From assembly GCA_964035575.1 (NCBI GenBank), contig OZ037838.1, forward strand, positions 1 to 64,000: a stretch of DNA of 64,000 nucleotides, read 5' to 3'. The first letter of the stretch is position 1. The number at the start of each line of letters is the position of its first letter. The DNA comes from Rhynchopus sp. YZ270_cl-10 (lineage: Eukaryota). This document shows, in pieces, positions 47,748-61,420 of the stretch. The notes below the pieces were generated by a model. It was not told the DNA's origin and ran no database searches. It was given only the letters and a program-made list of their open reading frames with translations. A program made the position numbers and the translations under genes.

Positions 47748-48582
47748 TTTATTCCCCGAAATAAAGTGCCTCAAGCCAAATTGCTTAGGAGGCAGGGACG
47801 GTAAAGTGTCAGTATTTCCCTGCTATTTTCATATTTTCCCCGACCAAATTACACGTAAAAAATTGGAGCAGGTAAATATAGCAATTTGAGCAGGTAAAGT
47901 ATAGTAAATAGCCGGGGATCCCAGCCAAAAATGGGTAGGTAAAATATTATAATATTTTCCCGGCAAAAAAAAATTTTTTTTTCTTTTTTCACAAGTGTTT
48001 TTTGTGACTGCTCACTACACCCTAGGCACCCTTCTGGGACCAAAAAATCAAAAAAAGCAAGAATTGGGCTGTTTTGAGCATCACAAATTTATTCCCCGGT
48101 CATTTTCTGTACAAAAATCCACCTATACTGTCAAAATGTATGGGCCAACGCCTTGTCAAAAAATCAAAAAAAAATCTCAGAAGAAAAAAAGATCCGGGAA
48201 AAATTCGACCCCTGCGTTGGGTTTTTGGGCACCAAAAAATGCAAAAACCCGCAAAAATCGGGTGTTTTGACCATCTAGGGTTACACCAAAGTACACTTCT
48301 GTGTACAAGCCTAGGAGAAGGAGTATAAACCCAACACCATGTGGTATGTGTTCAGTAGGCTTAACTACACACATGAACACGAAAACGGGGAGAAGCTGCA
48401 AGTGGCTTTCCCCCCCGTTTGGGCACTCTCCTCCTAAGGGTTCGTAAAAGAACGAGGCGACGTCCAAAAAGTTTTTGTTTACCACCACCATTCACCTCCC
48501 CACACACCCATCAACCAACAGCACGCAAGGGTCACAATCTCCTAAGCAATTTGGCTTTTGGCACTTTATTTTGGGAAATAAA
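47748..48582. mobile_element. Non-coding element bounded by ~43-bp inverted repeats (possible non-autonomous DNA transposon)
   Basis: TTTATTCCCCGAAATAAAGTGCCTCAAGCCAAATTGCTTAGGA (47748-47790) is inverted relative to TCCTAAGCAATTTGGCTTTTGGCACTTTATTTTGGGAAATAAA (48540-48582). No TSD established. Confidence 0.55.
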
Positions 48583-48590
48583 ATTACAAA

Positions 48591-48735
48591 CTCTTGGGAA
48601 ATATTGAAGATATTTCCCTTCGGGGGGTGTCAACCACCTCGGGTGCGGATTTACCTCGCCTTCGGCTCGGTAAATCCGAACCCTTGGTGGTTGACACCCC
48701 CCTCAGGTAAATATAGCTTCAATATTTCCCTAGAG
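48591..48735. mobile_element. 145-bp palindromic (foldback) element
   Basis: Arms CTCTTGGGAAATATTGAAG..GGGGGTGTCAACCACC..CGGATTTACC and their complements surround a central GCCTTCGGC hairpin. Confidence 0.7.
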
Positions 48736-49076
48736 TATATAATTATTCTTCTCCCATATTTCACACTTTAGAATGTCTCTATCACACTCCCACGAGAGTG
48801 CACTAACTTGAAATCTGTTCCTTTGGTTGAGTTCGTTCTGTAAGTTCGGCGGTTTGGCGCCTGCGTTCCTTATGTTTACATCATTATATAATACCTCAAT
48901 CACACACCCATGTATGCTGATCACTTTGGAAACTAGCAGAACACCAACCACCTTTCTACTCCACACAAACACGCAAACCCATGGTTGCTGACCCACCTAC
49001 AAGTTAAGCATCATAATAGTAGACCAGCCTGCTATAAGCCACACCAGCCAGATAACGATGGTTGCTCACTTCTCGT

Positions 49077-49363
49077 GCGGGTTTGCGGGTTTGCGGGTTT
49101 ACGGGTTTGCGGGTTTGCGGGTTTGCGGGTTTGCGGGTTTGCGGGTTTGCGGGTTTGCGGGTTTGCGGGTTTGCGGGTTTGCGGGTTTGCGGGTTTGCGG
49201 GTTTGCGGGTTTGCGGGTTTGCGGGTTTGCGGGTTTGCGGGTTTGCGGGTTTGCGGGTTTGCGGGTTTGCGGGTTTGCGGGTTTGCGGGTTTGCGGGTTT
49301 GCGGGTTTGCGGGTTTGCGGGTTTGCGGGTTTGCGGGTTTGCGGGTTTGCGGGTTTGCGGGTT
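49077..49363 (+). repeat. (GCGGGTTT)n array at the start of cassette B
   Basis: Same ATGGTTGCTCACTTCTCGT left flank and ACACTATATATATTACCGGG right core as at 24944-25310. Confidence 0.95.
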
Positions 49364-49409
49364 ACACTATATATATTACCGGGTTTCAGGTCAAATGGAT
49401 GGCAAGGTG

Positions 49410-49648
49410 GCGGGTTATGGGGGTTGTGGGGGTTTGCGGGTCGTGGGGGTCATGGGGGTCGTGGGGGTCGTGGGGGTCGTGGGGGTTGTGGGGGTCGTGG
49501 GGGTTGGGGGGGTCGTGGGGGTTGTGGGGGTCGTGGGGGTCGTGGGGGTCGTGGGGGTTGTGGGGGTCGTGGGGGTTGGGGGGGTCGTGGGGGTTGTGGG
49601 GGTCGTGGGGGTCGTGGGGGTTATGTGGGTCGTGGGGGTCGTGCGGGT
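49410..49648 (+). repeat. G-rich 9-bp repeat (GGGGGTCGT/GGGGGTTGT)n
   Basis: Directly visible. It occupies the position held by the (GCGGGTCT)n tract in cassette A. Confidence 0.9.
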
Positions 49649-49649
49649 C

Positions 49650-52600
49650 ACTGTGAAAACCTGCAACCCATAGCAATTATGGTTGGTCAGTGGGTTTGTA
49701 GGAGTGCCGTCACCATAGGAATAATAATCTTAACATATATTAGCAATATTTTGTCCTGTGTATGCTGTGTATACTGTGTACAGTGTTTACACTGTGTACA
49801 CTGTGTACACTGTGTACACTGTGTACACTGTGTATACTGTGTGTACCAGCAAGCCTTGTCTTTTACGGTTGGTCAGTGGGTTTGTAGGAGTGCCGTCACC
49901 ATAGGAATAATACTCTTAACATATATTAGCAATATTTTGTCCTGTGTATACTGTGTATACTGTGTACAGTGTGTACACTGTGTACACTGTGTACACTGTG
50001 TACACTGTTTACACTGTTTACACTGTTTACACTGTGTATACTGTGTACACTGTGTATACTGTGTGTACCAGCAACCCTTGCCTTTTATGGTTGGTCAGTG
50101 GGTTTGTAGTAGTGCCGTCACCATAGGATTAATAATCTTAACATATATTAGCAATATTTTGTCCTGTGTATACTGTGTATACTGTGTACAGTGTTTATAG
50201 TGTGTACACTGTGTACACTGTTTACACTGTGTATACCAGCAACCCTTGCCTTTTATGGTTGGTCAGTGGGTTTGTAGGAGTGCCGTCACCATAGGAATAA
50301 TAATCTTAACATTTTTTAGCAATATTTTGTCCTGTGTATGCTGTGTTTTCTGTGTACAGTGTTTACACTGTGTACACTGTGTACACTGTTTACACTGTGT
50401 ACACTGTGTATACTGTGTGTACCAGCAAGCCTTGTCTTTTACGGTTGGTCAGTGGGTTTGTAGGAGTGCCGTCACCATAGGAATAATACTCTTAACATAT
50501 ATTAGCAATATTTTGTCCTGTGTATACTGTGTATACTGTGTACAGTGTGTACACTGTGTACACTGTGTACACTGTGTACACTGTTTACACTGTTTACACT
50601 GTGTATACTGTGTGTACCAGCAACCCTTGCCTTTTATGGTTGGTCAGTGGGTTTGTAGGAGTGCCGTCACCATAGGAATAATAATCTTAACATATATTAG
50701 CAATATTTTGTCCTGCGTATGCTGTGTATACTGTGTACAGTGTTTACACTGTGTACACTGTGTACACTGTGTACACTGTGTACACTGTGTACACTGTGTA
50801 CACTGTTTACACTGTGTATACTGTGTGTACCAGCAAGCCTTGTCTTTTACGGTTGGTCAGTGGGTTTGTAGGAGTGCCGTCACCATAGGATTAATAATCT
50901 TAACATATATTAGCAATATTTTGTCCTGTGTATACTGTGTATACTGTGTACAGTGTTTATAGTGTGTACACTGTGTACACTGTTTACACTGTGTATACCA
51001 GCAACCCTTGCCTTTTATGGTTGGTCAGTGGGTTTGTAGGAGTGCCGTCACCATAGGAATAATAATCTTAACATATATTAGCAATATTTTGTCCTGCGTA
51101 TGCTGTGTATACTGTGTACAGTGTTTACACTGTGTACACTGTGTACACTGTTTACACTGTGTATACTGTGTGTACCAGCAAGCCTTGTCTTTTACGGTTG
51201 GTCAGTGGGTTTGTAGGAGTGCCGTCACCATAGGAATAATAATCTTAACATATATTAGCAATATTTTGTCCTGTGTATACTGTGTACACTATGTACACTG
51301 TGTACACTGTGTACACTGTGTACACTGTTTACACTGTGTATACCAGCAACCCTTGCCTTTTATGGTTGGTCAGTGGGTTTGTAGGAGTGCCGTCACCATA
51401 GGAATAATAATCTTAACATATATTAGCAATATTTTGTCCTGTGTATACTGTGTATACTGTGTACACTGTGTACACTGTGTACACTGTGTACACTGTGTAC
51501 ACTGTTTACACTGTGTATACCAGCAACCCTTGCCTTTTATGGTTGGTCAGTGGGTTTGTAGGAGTGCTGTCACCATAGGAATAATAATCTTAACATATAT
51601 TAGCAATATTTTGTCCTGTGTATGCTGTGTACACTATGTACACTGTGTACACTGTGTACACTGTGTACACTGTTTACACTGTGTATACCAGCAACCCTTG
51701 CCTTTTATGGTTGGTCAGTGGGTTTGTAGGAGTGCCGTCACCATAGGAATAATAATCTTAACATATATTAGCAATATTTTGTCCTGTGTATACTGAGTAT
51801 ACTGTGTACTGTGTTTACACTGTGTACACTGTGTACAGTGTTTACACTGTGTATACCAGCAACCCTTGCCTTTTATGGTTGGTCAGTGGGTTTGTAGGAG
51901 TGCTGTCACCATAGGAATAATAATCTTAACATATATTAGCAATATTTTGTCCTCTGTATGCTGTGTATACTGTGTACACTGTGTACACTGTGTACACTGT
52001 GTACACTGTTTACACTGTGTATACCAGCAACCCTTGCCTTTTATGGTTGGTCAGTGGGTTTGTAGGAGTGCTGTCACCATAGGAATAATAATCTTAACAT
52101 ATATTAGCAATATTTTGTCCTGTGTATACTGTGTACACTATGTACACTGTGTACACTGTGTACACTGTGTACACTGTGTACACTGTGTACACTGTTTACA
52201 CTGTGTATACCAGCAACCCTTGCCTTTTATGGTTGGTCAGTGGGTTTGTAGGAGTGCCGTCACCATAGGAATAATAATCTTAACATATATTAGCAATATT
52301 TTGTCCTGTGTATACTGAGTATACTGTGTACTGTGTTTACACTGTGTACACTATGTACAGTGTTTACACTGTGTATACCAGCAACCCTTGCCTTTTATGG
52401 TTGGTCAGTGGGTTTGTAGGAGTGCTGTCACCATAGGAATAATAATCTTAACATATATTAGCAATATTTTGTCCTGTGTATGCTGTGTACACTATGTACA
52501 CTGTGTACACTGTGTACACTGTGTACACTGTGTACACTGTTTACACTGTGTATACCAGCAACCCTTGCCTTTTATGGTTGGTCAGTGGGTTTGTAGGAGT

Positions 52601-54500
52601 GCCGTCACCATAGGAATAATAATCTTAACATATATTAGCAATATTTTGTCCTGTGTATACTGTGTATACTGTGTACACTGTGTACACTGTGTACACTGTG
52701 TACACTGTTTACACTGTGTATACCAGCAACCCTTGCCTTTTATGGTTGGTCAGTGGGTTTGTAGGAGTGCTGTCACCATAGGAATAATAATCTTAACATA
52801 TATTAGCAATATTTTGTCCTGTGTATGCTGTGTACACTATGTACACTGTGTACACTGTGTACACTGTTTACACTGTGTACACTGTTTACACTGTGTATAC
52901 CAGCAACCCTTGCCTTTTATGGTTGGTCAGTGGGTTTGTAGGAGTGCCGTCACCATAGGAATAATAATCTTAACATATATTAGCAATATTTTGTCCTGTG
53001 TATACTGTGTATACTGTGTACACTGTGTACACTGTGTACACTGTGTACACTGTTTACACTGTGTATACCAGCAACCCTTGCCTTTTATGGTTGGTCAGTG
53101 GGTTTGTAGGAGTGCCGTCACCATAGGAATAATAATCTTAACATATATTAGCAATATTTTGTCCTGTGTATACTGAGTATACTGTGTACTGTGTTTACAC
53201 TGTGTACACTGTGTACAGTGTTTACACTGTGTATACCAGCAACCCTTGCCTTTTATGGTTGGTCAGTGGGTTTGTAGGAGTGCTGTCACCATAGGAATAA
53301 TAATCTTAACATATATTAGCAATATTTTGTCCTGTGTATGCTGTGTACACTATGTACACTGTGTACACTGTGTACACTGTGTACACTGTTTACACTGTGT
53401 ATACCAGCAACCCTTGCCTTTTATGGTTGGTCAGTGGGTTTGTAGGAGTGCCGTCACCATAGGAATAATAATCTTAACATATATTAGCAATATTTTGTCC
53501 TGTGTATACTGTGTATACTGTGTACACTGTGTACACTGTGTACACTGTGTACACTGTGTACACTGTTTACACTGTGTATACCAGCAACCCTTGCCTTTTA
53601 TGGTTGGTCAGTGGGTTTGTAGGAGTGCTGTCACCATAGGAATAATAATCTTAACATATATTAGCAATATTTTGTCCTGTGTATGCTGTGTACACTATGT
53701 ACACTGTGTACACTGTGTACACTGTGTACACTGTGTACACTGTTTACACTGTGTATACCAGCAACCCTTGCCTTTTATGGTTGGTCAGTGGGTTTGTAGG
53801 AGTGCCGTCACCATAGGAATAATAATCTTAACATATATTAGCAATATTTTGTCCTGTGTATACTGTGTATACTGTGTACAGTGTTTACACTGTGTACACT
53901 GTTTACACTGTGTATACTGTGTATACTGTGTATACTGTGCACAGTGTTTACACTGTGTACACTGTTTACACTGTGTATACTGTGTATACCAGCAACCCTT
54001 GTCTTTTATGGTTGGTCAGTGGGTTTGTAGGAGTGCCGTCACCATAGGAATAATAATCTTAACATATATTAGCAATATTTTGTCCTGTGTATACTGTGTA
54101 TACTGTGTACAGTGTTTACACTGTGTACACTGTTTACACTGTGTATACTGTGTATACTGTGTATACTGTGTACACTGTGTACACTGTGTACACTATGTAC
54201 ACTGTTTACACTGTGTATACCAGCAACCCTTGCCTTTTATGGTTGGTCAGTGGGTTTTTAGGAGTGCTGTCACCATAGGAATAATAATCTTAACATATAT
54301 TAGCAATATTTTGTCCTGTGTATACTGTGTATACTGTGTACAGTGTTTACACTGTGTACACTGTGTACACTGTGTACACTGTTTACACTGTGTTTTCCAG
54401 CAACCCTTGCCTTTTATGGTTGGTCAGTGGGATTGTAGGAGTGCCGTGTACACTGTGTATACTGTGTACACTGTGTAGTGCTCTGTGTACACTGTGTGGA
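49650..54500 (+). repeat. Composite minisatellite, about 27 units of ~168-231 bp
   Basis: Same constant block plus (CTGTGTACA)n tract as 5150-8300. Confidence 0.95.
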
Positions 54501-54504
54501 GCAA

Positions 54505-54855
54505 AGCCAAAAATCCCTGTATTTTCAATACAGGGATTTTTGGCCAGGATCCTGGCTTTTATGGACAGAACGTAATTTATGGACAGATTTGTCAACATTT
54601 CTGTCCATAAATCCCAAAATGGCCAAAAACATGTTTTCAAATGGCTTACTGTAGTGGCTTCATCGGAGCAATGGCGTCAAAGTATGGTGGTCGTGGGCCC
54701 AAAAATACATAGTAGACATCAATTTACTTGGCCTACTGAGGTCTGTGGGTACCCTTACAGGGTCATACACAGGGAATTACTGTGTAAACTCATAGTACGT
54801 GGGGTTCCCCCAGAACCCTTGTGCACCAGTCCAACATGTGTGATACACTACTGTA
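54505..54855. repeat. Dispersed double-hairpin module, copy 5
   Basis: Perfect 18-bp stem at 54506-54544 followed by the TTATGGACAGA hairpin. Confidence 0.85.
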
Positions 54856-55180
54856 TCTCAGTCTCTATTAAGCAGGGCGGTCAGAATTCCTCACCTTGTA
54901 TATTTGCATGTTGTAGTATGATGTTGGAAAGTAGAAGCTGATGTTGGCGTGTGGGTATGTTGGCAAAAGATTATGGAAGGAATAAAGATTTTAGACAAGT
55001 GATAAAGCAAAAATACGGGTGCATTGGGTTTGATTGAACATTCCTTTTTTGTTTTTGTTGGAGCATTTGTTTTCATATCTCTGTATTTGAAGAAAACATT
55101 GACATGACAGGCTAGATGTGTCTTGTCGTCCCTCCCCAGTCTCAGTTTTTGTATTTCCTCCCTATATCCTTTAAAAAACC

Positions 55181-55726
55181 CTAGTTTCTTGACTTCATGG
55201 AGGATGACAGCCAGTCAAGTCCTTCATACAAACCTTCACCAGTTGCAGCGCAACTTCCCTGGATGTACCACTCCCGGAGCCTTAGAGAGTGCAGCCCAAG
55301 TTTGTCAGTCATTTCAGCTGGGGTCATCGCCTTTGGAAGATCCTGTTTGTTTGCAAGCACAAGAAGTGTTGCATCACGGAGGGCATCATCTGTTGCCAGC
55401 TTGTGCAGCTCATCACGTGCAAGAGAAATTCTGTCCCTGTCGTTGCTGTCAACAACAAATATAATGCCATCAGTCCCCTCAAAGTAGTGGCGCCACAGCG
55501 GTCTCAGCTTGTCCTGGCCACCAACGTCCCACATAGTGAACTTGAGGTTCTTGTACTCCACTGTCTCCACATTGAACCCGATCGTCGGTATGGATGTGAT
55601 CAAATCCCCTAACTTCAGCTTGTACAGCACAGTGGTCTTGCCAGAAGCATCGAGCCCCACCATCAGCATCTTCACATTCTTCTTCCCTGCAAAGAGAGTT
55701 GTCAGTGCAGAGGTAATGTTACCCAT
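55181..55726 (-). CDS. ARF: ADP-ribosylation factor, copy 3
   Basis: 181 aa with all GTPase motifs intact. Differs from copy 2 at 2 residues. Confidence 0.95.
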   Translation of the reverse strand: MGNITSALTTLFAGKKNVKMLMVGLDASGKTTVLYKLKLGDLITSIPTIGFNVETVEYKNLKFTMWDVGGQDKLRPLWRHYFEGTDGIIFVVDSNDRDRISLARDELHKLATDDALRDATLLVLANKQDLPKAMTPAEMTDKLGLHSLRLREWYIQGSCAATGEGLYEGLDWLSSSMKSRN

Positions 55727-56739
55727 GGTGAAAATATATGTGTCACTTTTGTGTTACTGTAGTAATATGTGGGTGGAGTGGGTGGAGTGAGCGGAGGGGG
55801 TTGGTATGGGCTCAGTTCAGTGAGGTTGGAGTTTGTAGGAGTGTCCTCATCATAGAACATATAGGCTATGACCATCACTGTGTATACTGTGTATACTGTG
55901 TACAGTGTGTAAACCTGCAACTAATGCCTCTTATGGTTGGTCAGTGATTTAGTAGGAGTGCCGTCACCATAGAACATGTAGTTTGGAACATATAGGCCAT
56001 GATCAGTACTGTGTTTGCTGTGTATACAAGTATACACAGTGTATGGTGTGTATACAGTGTATACTATGTATACCTGATACTCATGCCTCTTATGGTTGGT
56101 AGGAGTGCCATCATAGAAAGTGTTGTTTCCAACATATAGACTGCCGAAAATATTCTATAATAACCGTATAGGTTTTCTTGTCTTTTGTGCATGTTATATA
56201 TTATGCGCAAAGGTTTGTGAGAGAAGGTAGCAGAGGGTATTGATGAATGCTATGGAGGCTTGGAAAGAGGTAGATTAGTTTCTGTTATTGTTAGTATGTG
56301 TTGGACAGAGGTATTATTGTTTCTGTGTAGTGTGTGTTGGGGTTTATGGGTGTTTCAAGCTTAACAGGGAAAATAGTATGTTTCTTTTTTATTTTTTCAC
56401 TTTTTGGTTTTGTTTTTTGCTTTTGTTTCTGCTTTGGTGTTTTTTTTGTTTGCTGTCTTATTTTCTTTTGTATTCATGTCTCCTTTTATTATTTTGGTTT
56501 TATTTGTGTTAAAAATATATTAAATTTTGCTTTTTTGTTTGTATCATTTGTAATTTTTGCCGCATACGACGGAATATACAGTACAATCAAATAAAAAAAA
56601 TCCACACTACAGGCAAGTTCTCGCAATAACCCTATCCCCAACACCCCGAAAGTTTGTATTTGTTTTTTTTGTTTTGTCTTGATTTTTATTTTGCATTTTT
56701 TATTTTAATTTTTTTGTATTCATTTGTCGTTTTTTATGA

Positions 56740-57913
56740 CTAGAAGCACTTCTTATGAACAATCCCTGGGCCACTCTCATCATACTCCTCCTTCTTTACC
56801 CACATGGACGCAAAGGTGGAAAGGGAAGAGAGAATAGACCCTCCAATCCACACAGAGTACTTTCTCTCCGGTGGGGCAACAACCTTGATCTTCATGCTGT
56901 TTGGTGCCAGGTTTGTGACTTCCTTGGAAAGACGGTCTGCAAGCCCCTCGTACATGGTAGTTCCTCCTGAGAGAACAATGTTGGCGTACAAGTCCTTACG
57001 CACATCGATGTCACACTTCATGATGGAGTTGTACACCGTCTCATGGATGCCATTTGCCTCAAGCCCAATGAACTGTGGCTTGAAGAGTGCCTCAGGGCAA
57101 CGGAATCTCTCTGAGCCCACTGTGATCACCTGTCCATCGGGAAGCTCGTAGTCCTTTTCCAACGACGATGATGACGAGGCCAGGGACATCTCCTCGTCAA
57201 AGTCCTGGTGGGTTTTTGGGTTTTCTTTTTCCTGTAAAAAATATGCATACCAAGGCAACGTAGGCGAGCTTTTCTTTCACATCACGCACAATCTCGCGCT
57301 CTGCAGAGGTGACAAAGCTGTTACCACGTTCTGTCAGAAGCTTAATCATCCAGTCTGTCATGTCTCTTCCAGCCATGTCAATACGAAGCACGGCGTGTGG
57401 CAGAGAGTACCCCTCGTAGATGGGAACTGTGTGGGTCACACCATCTCCTGAGTCAAGAACAATTCCTGTTGTGCGTCCAGACGAGTACAGGGACAGCACC
57501 GCCTGGATCCCAACGTACATTGCAGGGCTGTTGAACGTCTCAAACATGATCTGTGTCATCTTTTCACGGTTGGCCTTTGGGTTCATGGGCGCTTCTGTGA
57601 GAAGCACAGGGTGATCCTCAGGTGCAACACGGAGCTCGTTGAAGAAGGTGTGGTGCCAGATCTTTTCCATGTCATCCCAGTTTGTGATGATACCATGCTC
57701 AATCGGATACTTGATCAGCAGAATACCACGCTTGGACTGTGCGTCGTCACCAATATAGGCTTCCTTCTTTGCCGTTCCCATCATTGCTGCAGCAGTCTTT
57801 GGCCTTCCAACAATGGACGGAAACACGGACCTCGGGGCATCGTCTCCTGCGAAACCTGCCTTCACCATCCCAGACCCATTGTCACAGACGATTGCTTGCT
57901 GGTCATCATCCAT
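56740..57913 (-). CDS. ACT: Actin, 375 aa: complement(join(56740..57204,57251..57913))
   Basis: 46-nt GT..AG intron at the same codon as in cassette A. The spliced protein is identical by eye to the cassette A copy. Confidence 0.96.
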
Positions 57914-58733
57914 GTTGAAGTTTGTACGTGTTTAAGGGTATGTGTTGTTCTGTGGTTTGAGTCTGTGGGTATATACTTGTGGTGGGGGGGTTTGGGGGGT
58001 GGGCCACGTAGGGTGGGTGGTTCACGGTCAGGGCCACAACCCACACACACACAGCAGGGACCTCCAAACCCAGCGAGAAACCAGAAAACCAAGAGAAAAC
58101 ACCATGTGCACCAAAAAAAAGGCAAAATCCTGGAAAATTTTCCGAATGCAAAAATTGAGCTTTTATGGACAGAACCAAATTTATGGACAGAATATCCGTA
58201 AAATCTGTCCATAAATTACAACCCCCCCGTGTGTTGTCTTAGGTGTTCCTGTGGTGAGAGGTGTGGAGACTTGCAAATGAGAGGACTGGGGGGGTCAGTG
58301 GAGGATTCTGAGGACATTGCCTCATGCCTTTTGGGTTTGCGTGGGTTTGTGGGTGAGTAACACCACGGGAGTGCCTAGAACCTTTCCCTAGAAGCCTAGA
58401 AACCGAGAGAGTGTGAATGTATACTGCCCTTGTACACATGAAGTTGTGGTTCTCTGGTGAGCTGTGGTGTGATGTGTTGTTGTTTCTTGGCTGGGGGAAG
58501 GTAAAAAACTATGTCTAAGCAGAGGGAGTGGGGGAGATATCACTTTTTTTCTTTTTTCCTTCATTTTTGTGAAACAGTGCAAGCTCTTTATTTCTTTTTT
58601 TCTCTCTTTGCATCCTTCTTTATTTGATTTCTTTCTTTTTTTTCTTCTTTTTTTTATGTGAGGGTAGGTAGGGAGAGGGGTTCACATATGGGTGACTGGT
58701 CATCTGGGTTTGCGGAACTGGTGTAGTTACATA

Positions 58734-59966
58734 TTATTGGGAATAGTAGAATGGCACGGTGCTGTATGGATCATGTCGGTACACTGGCTGCTGTTGAGAA
58801 GTTGGCTTCATGTTGAACCCTATGTGCTGATTAAGAAAACGAGGTAGGCTGTGCTTCTGAGATGTGCTACTTGTGCTAGGTTTTATATAGTTCTGACTTT
58901 CGTGGCAGAGAATTCTATCAGAAGAAGCCAGGCCAATACGCGTAGGCTGGTCGGGCCCTGCTGTCCACACAAATGTTTTATCGTGTCTGGAGAGAAACCG
59001 CATGAGAAGAGAGTGGCTTGGGAATAGAGAGTTTGTGAACACTTCAAATCCATTCAACTTCTGCAACAGCTCCTTCTGGGACATGGGGCCTTCAGAGAGC
59101 ATTCCTAGCAGGGCCTTTTTAAGATTTTCCTCATCTTCACGTTGGACTTTGCTTCTAGACTTGTCTATTTCGCGCACTGAAGAGAGCGGTGTTCCAAAGA
59201 GGCAGACACGTGCATCAGACTTTTTTATCTGTGGAGCAAGACAATTTTCAACAATATCCTCATCAGAATAGTGGAACAGAGAGAAGTCCTCAGGATGGGC
59301 CCTGAGAAATTCCTGCCAGGCACCACCGTAGCATTTCCCCACAACGTTGTCGTAGAGTGGACTCTCCTTCGCTTTGTTGCTCAGCACAATAGACCCCAGA
59401 GAACCTCTGCACACATTCAGCCGTGGGTTTTCCAAAATAGCTCTGACCTCTTTAACAAGTTGCCTCTCTGCGGACCCTTGCTTCACATTGTCAATTGGCA
59501 TGTGTTGAACCTTCACTGTGAATGTAGTTGGGTGGTATGCAATGTAGTGGCCAGAGTGTGATGCATCTTGAGATTGCACGAGGTTCCCAAGATCAACTTC
59601 AAAGTCCTCACGGCCTTCACAGGTACATTTCAGGGTTGCATTCCATGCACTCCCAGGAAGCGGATCATGAGTTGTGATAAAGAGAGCGTCAAGGCCAAGC
59701 CCGCCCTTTTCCCCAGTGATGTTTATGTCTTCATTAGCTGACACTGTGAGTGTTTCTTCTTTCCCTGGGAGCGGGAGGTTGCAACGTATAAGTTGTAAGC
59801 CATTCAGCAGAACTGATGCGTATCCTCGCTCCACTGGATTGGTGGGTCCTGTAATGTCAGTGATGTTGAAGCAACCGCTGGGTTCAAAGTCTGAGTCTGT
59901 GTTTCCTATGCTGCCTCCTGCTGTTGATATGACAGAATACTGCTGAACAGAATCTACTGAGCTCAT
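58734..59966 (-). CDS. Uncharacterised 410-aa protein with C-terminal YRHDPY motif
   Basis: Near-identical paralog of 12701..13930. Confidence 0.75.
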   Translation of the reverse strand: MSSVDSVQQYSVISTAGGSIGNTDSDFEPSGCFNITDITGPTNPVERGYASVLLNGLQLIRCNLPLPGKEETLTVSANEDINITGEKGGLGLDALFITTHDPLPGSAWNATLKCTCEGREDFEVDLGNLVQSQDASHSGHYIAYHPTTFTVKVQHMPIDNVKQGSAERQLVKEVRAILENPRLNVCRGSLGSIVLSNKAKESPLYDNVVGKCYGGAWQEFLRAHPEDFSLFHYSDEDIVENCLAPQIKKSDARVCLFGTPLSSVREIDKSRSKVQREDEENLKKALLGMLSEGPMSQKELLQKLNGFEVFTNSLFPSHSLLMRFLSRHDKTFVWTAGPDQPTRIGLASSDRILCHESQNYIKPSTSSTSQKHSLPRFLNQHIGFNMKPTSQQQPVYRHDPYSTVPFYYSQ

Positions 59967-60159
59967 TGTGTTCTTGTTGTGTTGACAGTATATTTGTAGT
60001 AGTGGCCTGTGATGTGTTAGTCCGTTGAGTAAGACAATAAAAACTTAAAGAATACAAGAAAAACAGATGGAGGGATAAGTAATAATTGGGATGGGTTGCA
60101 ATATTATTTAATTTGGAGTGTTCTTTATTTTTGTTTTCTTTTGTCTTGGTTTTTATTTA

Positions 60160-60825
60160 TTAAACCCAGTGTGCAGCAAACCTGTTCAGTGCCATGAAGG
60201 TTATTTCAGATGCTGAGGGAGATAGGGTATCAACACTAGATTTGCTGCTCGATGTGCATTCCTGCCAGGTGTCTGCATAGGATTCACTGCTGGAGCAAGT
60301 ACTGGAAGGGCAGAATGATGCAAGGTTCTCCAGGTCAAGTTCTCGGCATATATGGATGTTGATACAACGCTCCCCCCATTTGCATCTCTTCAATTTGTTC
60401 AGCCCACAAATCCTGTTCTTTTGTACAATAATCTTGTCCCCCCGGCGCAAAAGCTCCTCCAAACCTCTTGTACTGCTGAAATTGCTCACAGAGAGCAATG
60501 CTATATTGTCCTTTCCCTTCAACATGACGCATTTTTTGCTGACCCATTTTCCGGAATGAAGTGCGCAGCACTGGCCCGCCATTTCATCGCGAAGTCTGTC
60601 CACAGCATCTGGACTGACATGTAGTTGACGGCACGTCTTCTGTGACTTACATTTCCCTCTGTGAAATAGTATGCACACATTCAGTGGCCTATTTCCAAGG
60701 GTTCCTTGAAGATATGCTGTTCGTCCTTTCGTTTCACATGTTTCTGAAAAATGGAATGCAACAAGCTGGGCACAGTTTCCAGGGTCTCTTGCTTCTATCA
60801 CTTTGCCTTCTAATAGTGTGTTCAT
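60160..60825 (-). CDS. Tandem CCCH zinc-finger protein, 221 aa
   Basis: Paralog of 14117..14788. Both fingers are intact and all indels are in frame. Confidence 0.85.
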   Translation of the reverse strand: MNTLLEGKVIEARDPGNCAQLVAFHFSETCETKGRTAYLQGTLGNRPLNVCILFHRGKCKSQKTCRQLHVSPDAVDRLRDEMAGQCCALHSGKWVSKKCVMLKGKDNIALLSVSNFSSTRGLEELLRRGDKIIVQKNRICGLNKLKRCKWGERCINIHICRELDLENLASFCPSSTCSSSESYADTWQECTSSSKSSVDTLSPSASEITFMALNRFAAHWV

Positions 60826-61059
60826 GTTGTGTTCAAAAAATGTGTGTTAGGCTGTGGTGTTTGGGTATGGAGGATGAAGGGTGCCTGGGTGGTTTACAAA
60901 AACAAGAGGGGAGTGTGAGGTAAAAAGAGATACACTTTGCCAGTCTGTTCTGTGAGTGTGCTTACATACTTACTCTGCTGAGTGTTTACCCCTGGACACA
61001 CCCAATAATATTTCCATACAATAGCAAACCCGTAATAGTAAATATAATATTGCTAAAAA

Positions 61060-61420
61060 ACTACAGTATACACAGTATACACAGTATACACAGTATACAC
61101 AGTATACACAGTATACACAGTATACACAGTATACACAGTATACACAGTATATTCTGCAAACCCGCAAACTCAACAACAACAAAATATTGCTAATATATGT
61201 TCAGATTATTATTCCTATGGTGACGGCACTCCTACAGACTCACTGACCAACCATAAAAGGCATGGGTTGCAGGTATACACAGTATACACAGTATACACAG
61301 TATACACAGTATACACAGTATACACAGTATACACAGTATACACAGTATACACAATATTGCTAATATATGTTCAGATTACTATTCCTATGGTGACGGCACT
61401 CCTACAAACTCACTCACCAA
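61060..61420 (-). repeat. Inverted minisatellite units with (CAGTATACA)n
   Basis: Two reverse-oriented units in the strand-switch region, as at about 15000. Confidence 0.85.

Noticed and set aside
49386..49676. Gly/Arg-rich or (PHD/PTT)n low-complexity ORFs
   Set aside because: Translations of a G-rich 9-bp repeat.
49650..54500. CRISPR-like array or Cys/His-rich (HCV)n metal-binding protein
   Set aside because: The spacers are 9-mer tracts rather than unique sequences, and there are no cas genes. The frames are broken by stops here and by frameshifts in the 5150-8300 array.
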